From Octopus sinensis (lineage: Eukaryota): a DNA stretch of 64,000 bases. Position numbers and translations under genes: made by a program. The stretch spans positions 94,426,001-94,490,000 of the forward strand of contig NC_043005.1 of assembly GCF_006345805.1 (NCBI RefSeq). The letters are read 5' to 3'. The notes under the pieces are model-generated. The model had not been told where the DNA came from, did no database searches, and saw only the letters and a list, made by a program, of their open reading frames with translations. Positions 49,591 to 61,264 of the stretch are shown here, piece by piece (the stretch's first letter is position 1; each line of letters begins with the position of its first letter).

Positions 49591-52402
49591 ACTATTGTAC
49601 TTCTAGACTTTTGGAATTCTAGAAACTCACAACCATATGAATGTGTTTTCCGTTGTCTTTAGTTCTCGAAACCTCGTTGAAACAGATGAAATAAACACCA
49701 GAGATGCTTTGCCCCACATAGAAACTGCAGGACCTATTCAGAGGTTTTGTAAGCTCTTCTTCATTGAAACAAGCTAATCAAGTATTTGACAATAAAAAAC
49801 GTAATGTTTGCAATATAGTATGCATTCAGTAAAATAAGAGCAGTAGGAAAGAAACGAATTCTCGGGTGCACGATAACGACGGAAAAATGGCGATCTAATG
49901 GATCAGGAAGAGTGACACTCTAGCAGATCGCTACTTAGTGGCAGCGTTCCATCAAGTGATCGACCATATCACCAGAAATGATGGCGATCAATTTTCAAAC
50001 AAATGTGAAATTGTAAAAGACACAGCATATTTTGATCTACGCCGTTTCTAAAATCATTCAAAGAAAACTGCATTGCCATCAGAAACTCTGACAAGCATCA
50101 GCAACCGTTAATATATAGACATACAAGAATTTGACGAAGATTTGCAGTCTATTCTCCGCTTTCAGTTTGTTATAAAGAAGAGTAGTGTTCAGTAATCCGT
50201 TTTCTGTGAACCGAAATTCATCGAAGGAGTTCAGGACAATATGGAAACCGTGCTTTTCCCGTTTAAGAATGAATTGAAAAATGGCTGTTTGTGAATATAT
50301 TGAAAAATACTTAAATTGTCTCAAAGGTATCATTTATCAAAAAACGCCATTCGAACATTCGAATACTGACAACATTGAATAAATCTGCAATGCGGTTCTA
50401 CTGAATGGATGTATGATTAATGTTGAGGTAGCAAATAATATGCAAATTGATCGTGTTTCTGTTTATGAAATCAGCCAAAACATAATTAGCTTTAGTCTGT
50501 TCGAGATAGATCCTAAAATAACTCGCAGAAGTGGGCAAACAAAATCTTTCTGAAACCTGCTATCGACTTCTCTTGAATCATTATGGTAATGGTCACATGT
50601 GGCAAAAGGTTGCCATTCCTGACGATTTCTATGAGGGCATTGCCAATACATGCGTACTGTATGTGTATGTGTGTGTGCGGCGTGTGTGTCTGTGGGATTT
50701 CCTGAGCTGTTTCCTTAGAAATAAATAATTTTATAGCATCGTGTATTGAGTAGGATGGGGCAAAATGGGTAAATGTGTAATTCCTGATTTCTCCGTAATT
50801 ATTTTGTACTGTTGCATTATCTTTGAGAGTAAACATTGGTCAGCATGGTTGTTGTTGAGAGATCTTGAAACATGGTCAGCTGACGACTACATTCAACTTT
50901 GACCCGATTTGTAATTGAAGTTGCAAATAAAATATTTGGGTAATTTCTTTGGTGTTTAACATTCAAAATTATTTTCTCTGCTGGATTCCAAGGCAATGTT
51001 TTCCTCGCACTAATGTCTAATTAGTAATTTTCAATTTACAAAAAAACAAAAAACAAAACAAAACAAAAAAAAAAACTGATATCCAAAGCGGGGCAAAATG
51101 AATATTAATTAATTTCAATAATTCCTTCTCTTTAACTGTACGGTGCGTGAAAATATCAGGAAGAGTGACACTCTAGCAGATCACAAACATGCTACAGAGA
51201 ATATTCTAAGTTGAATTTTTGTATGTAGCTGAGTTTCGTTAATTTCATATTATGTACCATTTTTCCCTGATCCTCTTTCAATCAACCTAGATATTTAAAA
51301 TTTTTGTTGTATTTCTGATCTTTCTGATGTCCAAGGATGAATATTGATGTGAATAAATATTTGTGCAAATGTAATTTTGGAGAATTGAAGAGGCAAATTT
51401 ACTTCATTTTGTCGCTCTCATTTTGCCCAACCTAAATTTGATTTTTGTGTGCTTAAAGAGAACGGAGATAATTTTCTGAAATTGTGTTCTGAAAATTTTA
51501 CAATGTCTTTAAAACATTTAGAGAAGCTAATTTGCTTAACTGATATAGTTTTTGTAAAATACTCATCATTAGTATATAATATTTTTTTCTCAAAGTCAAA
51601 AGTGCAATAAATATTAGTACTTGTGTCTCATACAGCACGTTGCATCTACTTTCGTTTTTAATCTTAAACGTGTATGTGTGTGTGTGTATTTGTATATATA
51701 CATATATACATATATGTATACCTGCATACATATATACATACAAACGTGCATACATACATACATTATACATTATCTCACAGAAGTATGTACATCCCTAAAA
51801 CATTTCTGTAAAATTGCCATTACTCTGATAATATCGAAGGAAATCAAACGAAACTTATACTGAATGAAATATATTATACATTCAAAGATTATACAAATTA
51901 GGAACACAATTAATTTTCAAACGAATCCAGAACCATATGAGTCCTGGAAGTAGAACTATGCCCCGTACTTTCCTGGAAGCCCTGAATTATCAATCCTGAC
52001 CAGCCACTTCACTCAATATGTATATATGTAGTCCTCATCAGCCACGCCCCTATATATGTATAAATTTTTTTTTTCTTACATTTTTGCATTGTTTTTCGAA
52101 ACGTACGTATGCATTGAATCTATTTATAAACAGATGAATTCGACTTAATGGGATTTAAAGTTTCACGGGTCACATTAATAGTAAATGTGTTGAGCCGCCT
52201 TTTCTGTCATTTTCCACTCACTCGTCTACATATGTGTGTGCATGTGTGTGAGTGCGCGCGCACCCCCACCCCTACACACATATACATATATATATGTATA
52301 TGTATATATACATATATATATGCATATGTATATATATATATATGCTTACATTTATATTCATGCATGCATGTATATAAACGCATATATATGTACATACATA
52401 CA

Positions 52403-52828
52403 TGATGGCTGCCCTCTCGTTATCGAATATGACCATTGCACGAAGCTTAACTGTTATTGGTGCTGTGATCGAATGTGACATTTTAGCCCAGCTAAAGACC
52501 TACAATGTCTTGTACAGAATTGGCAGCTAAAACCTTTCCTGGCAATAGCCGCCTGTAGTTGTAACTGGGCTTCAAGTACCTTTGCATGTCGTTTAAGACC
52601 TCCTGCCGAATTACACTTTCTTCCACATGCCTGACAGATATAATTAGTATGGTGTGTAACACCACCACCAGTGGCCAGGTTGCCACTCATCTGTCTCGCT
52701 TTATGACTACGAAGATGACTCTTGAGTCCAGCTTTACTGAGGCAGGGTCTTGCACAGACACTGCATGTCAGCATCATAGGAAGATCCTTCCCATCTGGAA
52801 GTGTAACAGCGATGCCCTTCCTGACATC
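52403..52828 (-). mobile_element. RTE 3' fragment with triple C2H2 fingers, in (TATG)n
   Basis: Homologous to about 19660-20067. (CATA)n on both sides. Confidence 0.9.
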
Positions 52829-52939
52829 TCTACATACATGCATACATACATCCTTACATACATGCATACATACATACATACATACATACATACATACATA
52901 CATACATAAGTATGTATACACGTACATAGATAATCCCTA

Positions 52940-53055
52940 TCACCACCTACAACCACCACCACCACCACCACCACCACCACCACCACACCACCACAACCAC
53001 CACCACCACCACCACCACCACCACCACCAACACCACCACCACCACCACTACCAAC
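52940..53055. repeat. (CCA)n microsatellite
   Basis: Direct reading. Confidence 0.9.
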
Positions 53056-53219
53056 ACCGCTGCCACTGTCCTTAGTTTATCAAATCATCAAAACTGAAAT
53101 CCCTCCCATGTACATTTCAGGCTTCAAGGAAGGAGTCATCATCATGAATCTGAGGATAGCGAACAGGACGACGGTGATGCAGCAGATGATCTGATAAGGT
53201 AATTGTTGATATAGGGTGT

Positions 53220-53377
53220 GTGTGTATGTGTGTGTGTGTGTAAGTATGTGTGTGCATATATCTATACATACACGCATATATATATATATATTATATATAT
53301 TATATAATATATATATATATATATGTATATGCACATATACATATGAGTATATATAAATAAATAAATATAATATATAT

Positions 53378-53463
<86 letters not shown>

Positions 53464-53767
53464 GTGTGTGTGTGTGTATGTATATATATATATATATATA
53501 TGCATGTATATATGCGTCTGTGTGTATATATATATATGTGTGTGTGTGTGTATGTATATATATATATATGTTATTATTATTATTAATTATTATTATTATT
53601 ATTATTATTATTATCATCATTATAATCATCATCAAAGATATATATATATATATATAAATATAAATAATATATATGTATGTGTGTACATATATATATGCAT
53701 GTATATATGCGTCTGTGTATATATTTGTATATATATATGTTATTATTATTACTAATTATTATTATTA

Positions 53768-53821
<54 letters not shown>

Positions 53822-53845
53822 CATTATCATCATCATCATCATCAA
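53220..53845. repeat. Compound TA/TG/TAT microsatellite block
   Basis: Direct reading. Confidence 0.9.
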
Positions 53846-54136
53846 AGATAAAAATCTATTTAGGATTTTATCAGGTAGCTAGCATGTAAAACCTTTTCGG
53901 TATAAATTAATACAGAGTATATAATGTTTTTTTAGAAATTATAATAAGGGCAAACAAAGAAAAAAATCTTTGTTGTTTATTTCCCTCGCTTTCAGCCCGT
54001 GTCTATGTGATAAATAAGGCAGTTTTAGAGCCATTTGACATCATCTTCTAGCATGTGGCACTACCATGTAGTTTGCCTTTATCATAATTATATATATATA
54101 TATGTATGTGTATATTTATGTAGGTATATATATATA

Positions 54137-54177
<41 letters not shown>

Positions 54178-54178
<1 letters not shown>

Positions 54179-54562
54179 TAGCAGTATCGCCCGGCGTTGC
54201 TCGGGTTTGTAAGGGAAATAACTATAAAGCATTTTTAGAGAGTTATAGCCAAAAAATAGCAAAAAAATGGGGAAAAAAATGATGGTAAATTTTTTTTGAT
54301 AGTTAAAAAGGTCGAGTTGCGTCCCCATGACCATCGGTGGTTTGTGTTTCTGATTGTCGACCCCATGTCGAATTTATCGATCTTTTTCAGAACTGGGGGA
54401 ACTTTTCAAAATTTTCGCTGCGTTAGTTTTGAATTATGACATTGGGCTATGTGTGCGTCAAGTTTCATCAGAATCGGTTGAAAGCCGTGGTCAGAGTGAG
54501 GGTACAAGCAAACAGACACACAGAAACACACACAGACAAACTGCCGTTTATATAGAGAGAGA
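54178..54562 (-). mobile_element. Non-autonomous Helitron, family 1 3' end with a different 5' half
   Basis: Same CTAG-hairpin end and first about 115 bp as 25540, then divergent. TC start at 54562. Inserted next to (TA)n. Confidence 0.75.
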
Positions 54563-54805
54563 TATTAGAAGAAATGAGGTAATCAGAAGATCGGATGGTT
54601 TATATTTACAGATATTTATTTATATATTACGTTTTTTATATATATATCATATCACTTAGATCATTAGCGCTTTCTCCCATTCTAGTGGGGTTTTCAAATC
54701 AAAATAATTCCTTTGTGGGGAATTTTAATCATTTTATAGAGTTTCATAGTGGTGGGGAGGAACAAGAGAGCACAAGAGGGTGAGGAGACAGTGAGAGAGA
54801 GAACA

Positions 54806-54836
<31 letters not shown>

Positions 54837-54883
54837 GTGTGTGCGTGTGCGCGTTTGTATCTGAGGCGAGTGCTAAAGATATA

Positions 54884-54978
<95 letters not shown>

Positions 54979-55369
54979 ATGTATGTATGTATGTATGTGC
55001 GTATGTATGTATAAGTGTGTGTGTATATGTGTGCTTGTGTGTTTGTGTGTTTGCATGTATCTATATGTCCACACATATAGATACATGCAAACACAAACAC
55101 ACAAGCACACATATACACACACACTTATACATACATACACACATACGTACATACAGTGTGCCGATCAATTGTCGATGTTGCGGTTATCATAACATATTTG
55201 CCCAGTGTTCTGGCTCAAACGTTATCGGGCCAGATGTTGACATTTCCTCTCTGTAAAGATAAAGTTTATCAAGACTGAAAATAAACCATGTTGGTTTTCC
55301 TCCTAAAAAGATACTTACCATTCCATTGAGGAATCTGGTGTTGTCTTAATGGTATCTGACCGAAGGTAT

Positions 55370-55660
<291 letters not shown>

Positions 55661-56499
55661 AAGTTCAACAGTATTCTATGTCTATGTTTTAGCCTTGTGT
55701 CAGCTTTCAGCTATGACTTCCTCCATGCTAAGAATGCTTCATTGAGAACAGTACATCTTAAAAGTTAACTTAATTTTTGTGGTTCTTTTCTCCTGTTTTA
55801 TCCTTTTCCTATCATGTGTATCACATGTGATACATGAAACATATTTCCCTGGTGCGCATGCATTATATAAGATAAATATTCCCAATTAGTTTTTCAACTA
55901 CCGCAGTAACTTGGAAAGCTATGTATGAAAGGAAAGCTATGTATTTTCTATTGATGGATTGACAAATAAGACATCCTTTCATGACTTTATGTATAGTTTG
56001 GATGTTGTTAGGAATGGATTACCTTTATACGTATTTCAGTCACTCATGTAACGAACAGATCTCCAGATTGGATTATGTTCATATACAGAGGCCGCCACTG
56101 TATTTTAATAACAATTTTTATCTTTCCGTTGGTGAAACAATATTTGTGCAAGTAGTCTTCCAATGGTTATATACCTGCCACCTGCAAATGTTTTGTGGTG
56201 TATTTAATTTAACAAAAGAATCGTGACAAAATAGCGTTGCAAACGTGTTATTAAAAGAATGAAAATGATAGCTAAAAAAAAAAAATGAGAAACACTGTAT
56301 TTAGTTGGTGTTTATTTTATCGGCTCTGGAAGGATAAACGCCAAAAATTAACTTTGTAGAATCTGATCTCTGAACATAAACGATTCCAACTAAAGTTAAA
56401 TAATCATAAGCATCTTGTCCAACGACCTGACAGTTTTAACAAGTCACCGAAAGATATATTTTCGTTGCCAATCACCACCAAGACTCAGCCAAAGCTATT

Positions 56500-56745
56500 T
56501 GCTGTTTGTTCCTTCTCGAGCCATGCCTGGCTCATAAGGACCGGTTTTTCGGTTTCCTTGGCGTATAGGTTCCCTATCTGGTCGGGACGCCGGTCCGTTG
56601 CAGGTGAACTGCTAGATGCAGGAGGAAAGAATGAAAGTTGTGGCGAAGGAGTCAGCAGAAGTTCGCCATTACCTTCTACCGGAGCTGCATGGAGCTTAGG
56701 TGTTAAACATTTCAACTGTGCCTACGATTTGAACACGCAAATGCA
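56500..56745 (-). mobile_element. SINE, same family as 49298
   Basis: Reverse complement of the 49298 body and tail. Confidence 0.8.
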
Positions 56746-57504
56746 GAATAACAGAGACCTACTCCTCCTCCTCTCTCTCTCTCTCTCTCTCTCTTAGACT
56801 CCCCTTCTTCCCCTTCTTCCCCTGTCTATATGTATGTAGTTCTTCATTCAAGCCATTATCTGCCTTGGCGTAAGTGTAACATACGGACAAAACAGCCAGA
56901 AAAACAGGAACGCGTAGAATAATATAAATTATTATACATAAGTGAAGAAAGGAACCTTTATACGAACCAACGTGGACGCCTCAAGCTTAGAACAATTGCA
57001 GGAGCATAGAGACCTGCTGAAAAAATGCATCTTTAATTGTTGAGATTCATAAGTATTTAACTTATAAATTATACAATTCAATTTCAAAGTTTAAGCATTC
57101 TACTTTTTAAATGTGTGTTTTTTTTTCTCTGAAGATTTCATCAGCGAACGGTTCGAAATTTGAATTTGGGCAACATTTCGCACCCATGAGCAATTACATG
57201 CTCAACATAATACTCTGCTGTCTTCCTAAACATTCTTCATTTCAATTCTCCAGGACACTCAGAGTTTTCAGACCATAAATTAGTCACTTCTACTAGATAA
57301 CCTTGCGAACAACAACTCATTCTTCAAAGTGGGAAAGTCTTTTTCCCGATGACATCAATAGCAGACAAAATCTCCTCCCATCCCTCACAACTGACATTTG
57401 TAGATACATGCTTACGTGCTCACATCCCGCATACGCGCCAACACGCTCTGAAACGCGTACGTACATACATAGTCATGTAAACTAACACACACAGTACCTA
57501 TTTC

Positions 57505-57730
57505 TTTACTACCCAGAAGGGGCTAAACACAGAGAGGACAAACAAGGACAGACAAATGGATTAAGTCAATTATATCGACCCCAGTGCGTAACTGGTACTT
57601 TATTTATCGACCCCGAAAGGATGAAAGGCAAAGTCGACCTCGGCGGAATTTGAACCCAGAACGTAGCGGCAGACGAAATACGGCTACGCATTTCGCCCGG
57701 TGTGCTAACGTTTCTGCCAGCTCGCCGCCT
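57505..57730 (-). mobile_element. tRNA-derived SINE with a Nin-like central domain
   Basis: Head GGCGGCGAGCTGGCAGAA..GGGTTCAAATTCC, then CCTTTCATCCTTTCGGGGTCGATAAA. Confidence 0.75.
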
Positions 57731-58413
57731 TCCATCTAACTCACAATACCATCTAACTCTGCTATCATTAACCATTCTTAAATGTTAGAAATTGTAACCC
57801 ACCATCCACCTTCATTCTCATTAACTCAACCAAGTTCGTTCAACCAACGTGTTTGTTTCTGACTTTCATAATTAGTTCTACTCTAGGATGCATTTCATCT
57901 ACAACACACAAAACTCACTCTTCTCTTTCTCGATAAACAGAATGATGTTGAAAGCTTGGTCTTTTCCTTTCCTTGTGGTAACTGCATTTATTTTAATCCC
58001 AACATTTGTAGCCGATGCAGGTCCTCACCGATCTTCAGCGGTTCTCGCTTTTATCTCATAATAAATTAATCAGTTAAAGAGAAATTTGAACTAGAAGTGG
58101 ATATATGTAATTTCACCCATATTTATTTGAATGTTTCCTTTAACAACCTCATTTGTGTCCCATTTATCATTAATCTCTCTCTCCCTGTCTTCCATCTTAA
58201 TTTCTTTTCAGCATTTCATTACATCCGCTTTTTATTTTCCCAAATTTCCAAATTCCAACCACTGAATCTTCCTTCGCAATGAGTTATAACAAATCTCCAA
58301 CTATCTCCCTTTCTACCTCTGTCTTGTTTAAGTTCTAATTCTTAGTATCTTTTCTTGTTCCTTTCTCTTTTCCTTTTTCTCTTCACTTTCCAAATACTTT
58401 CACTCATATCCCA

Positions 58414-58415
<2 letters not shown>

Positions 58416-58495
<80 letters not shown>

Positions 58496-58515
58496 CATCT
58501 ATCTATTTATCTGTC
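58416..58515. repeat. (TATC)n microsatellite
   Basis: Direct reading. Confidence 0.95.
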
Positions 58516-58518
58516 TAT

Positions 58519-59813
58519 AGGCACGGACGTGCACCGTGCCGGGCCGGAGCATCCATGACAATCTCCATCTGATGCGCTACATCATAGACAGAGTAGTTAA
58601 GGAACCTGGCATGGGTGGGGACCTGATCAATTTGGATCAATCGAAAGCCTTCGATACTTGGATGCAGTCCTGAGAGCGGCTGGTTTCGGTCCCGTCTTCC
58701 GTGGCTGGATAGCTGCTTTATACAGAGGCATCCGTTCGGTAATTCGCGTAAATGGACATCTATCGAGACCTTTCGACATTGCACGTTCGCTTCTCGTCGC
58801 TTCTATACGTATTGACTCTTGAGCCACTACTGCGGAAGCTGGCGACTCTGAGGGGCCTCCCGCGAGAATTGGGATGCGGGACGAGCGTGTCTGCATACGC
58901 AGACGACGTCACCGTCATAGTGACAAGCCACGAGCACAACGAGCTGGTCGGCGAGACACTGAAAGACTACGAAGCGGTGACAGGAGCGAAAATCAACCGG
59001 GAAAAGTCAGTGGGTTTGCGGCTCGGCACATGGAGAAGCAAGCCCATGCCGTCCACCAGTACCTCCGTCGTGGGACGCTGGACGAACGGCCCGGTTGAGT
59101 TACTCGGGGTCTGGTTCGGTCCGGACCTCCAAATGGAGAAGAACTGGAACGAGATAACGAGTAGGGTGGTCACTCTCGCCCGGCAATGCGCCGAGAGGAA
59201 ACTGTCCCTAAGAGGTCGGGTGGAGGTGGCGAACACGTACATCGCGTCCATCATCAACTACTGCATGACCGCCGTACCTTGTCCCGACCCTACCATCACC
59301 AAACTAGAACGCATTCTCTTCCGCTTCTTGTGGAAAGGATGCGTCCCGATGGTCAGGCGATCCATTTGCTGTCAACACCCGTTAAAAGGAGGGCTGGGCA
59401 TGCCGTGGTTGATGATGCGCAGACACACGCTGAGACTGCGACATCTCCGGCTCTATGTAGACGACGGTGAACAGGTGTGGTCGCCGTTTGTGAGGCACGC
59501 TTTCCCGCAGCTCGTCTCCATGACCGAACTGCAGTCGTGGATCAAAAAGAGGCCGAGGAAGGGCGAATGGCACCGCGAGTGTCGCGTTGCTCTCAAGCAA
59601 CTTCATATTGACATTTCTGTGATAACGATCCCTATTGATCTATTTTTTTCCTTTTCCTTTCATTTTTATCCCCCTCCCTTTTTTTCTCCTCTTTCTTTCC
59701 TTTTACGATCCCTTTTGATCGAAAACCAAACCCCCTTTTTATCCCCAAAAGAAAAGCTCTACCTTGTAATTTGTCCTGTCTGTGTGCAGCCATGTGTGGC
59801 TAATAAAGAAACA
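58519..59813 (+). mobile_element. Tx1-type LINE, 5'-truncated and internally deleted, in (TATC)n
   Basis: SIHDNL..LDQSKAFD, SAYADDVT, AKINREKS, KGGLGMP. Joins directly to the 3' UTR ending AATAAAGAAA-CA(TATC)n. Confidence 0.9.
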
Positions 59814-59893
<80 letters not shown>

Positions 59894-59894
<1 letters not shown>

Positions 59895-61242
59895 GTGGAA
59901 AGGATGCGTCCCGATGGTCAGGCGATCCATTTGCTGTCAACACCCGTTAAAAGGAGGGCTGGGCATGCCGTGGTTGATGATGCGCAGACACGCGCTGAGA
60001 CTGCGACATCTCTGGCTCTATGTAGACGACGGTGAACAGGTGTGGTCGCCGTTTGTGAGGCACGCTTTCCCGCAGCTCGTCTCCATGACCGAACTGCAGT
60101 CGTGGATCAAAAAGAGGCCGAGGAAGGGCGAATGGCACCGCGAGTGTCGCGTTGCTCTCAAGCAACTCTGCCGTCCTGGGTCGACCTTAAGTGACTTCAA
60201 CACAACCAAAGCATTCTATAGGGGTTTAGTGGAGGGGAGGTACGACGACGAGCTCGGGGCGAACCTGGACGTCGACGAGGAGTACCTGACCCGCCTGTTC
60301 GGGACGACTTTCGGGCCAGGGCCCATGGACAACTTCCAGAGATCCCTGGCCTGGCAGTGCTACCGAGAAGCGCTACCCGTTCGGGATAAGCTCTACAGAC
60401 ACGGCTCGAGAAACACGGGGCCGACCTGCCCGAGATGCGGTCAGAGCGACGAAACCGTTCTGCACGCACTCGTTCAGTGTCCAACAATTTCCGACTGTGG
60501 GCTTATGTCGAACAACTGCTGTCACGTGTGGGACGAGTCGGTTTATCAGCTGAGTCTATCGTCAATATTGTCACGCCTCCTTCCTTCAAACGGGAAGGAA
60601 GAGCTATTTTCATCATCTTGTGGCTATGGCGAAAGAATGTATCTGGTGGACGCGTCTGAAAGGATTGGAGACAAACACTTTCCTCTCTGGTCAATCTCTC
60701 ATCAACTTCTTCAAGTACCACTTGAAAAGGAAAGTGAGAGTAGAGAGGCAAGTTTTGTCTAGCGAATGTTTTTTAAAAAAAAAGATGGGTGAATGTAGCA
60801 AGAATGGCACGTATGAATGACGAAGCCACCTTGAGCATAGTCCTATGAACCCAGAAATCGAAAACAGAGAGTTGCTTATTTGCAAAAAAAAAAAAAAAAA
60901 AAAAAGAAATATAAAATGTGACTTCATTGACCGAGGTTACCGTGGTCTTTTCCGCAGGCTTTTCTTTCCACGGGTAAACCTCACCTGTCCTCCCCTTCAC
61001 ACTTCATATTGACATTTCTGTGATAACGATCCCTATTGATCATTTTTTTCCTCCCCCCCCTTTTTTTTTTTTTTTTTTTAACCCCCCTTATTTTTGTCCT
61101 CTTTCTCTCCTTTTACGATCCCTTTTGATCGAACCTCCCCCTTCCTTTTTTTTTTTTTTTTTTTTTAATACCTTCAAAAGAAAAGCTCTACCTTGTAATT
61201 TGTTCTATCTGTGTGCAGCCCTGTGTGGCTAATAAAGAAACA
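59894..61242 (+). mobile_element. Tx1-type LINE, 5'-truncated, with ORF2 C-terminal zinc knuckle and full 3' UTR
   Basis: ALPVRDKL..CPRCGQSDETVLHALVQC. Same 3' end as the preceding copy. Starts within (TATC)n. Confidence 0.9.
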
Positions 61243-61264
61243 TATCTATCTGTTTATCTATCTC

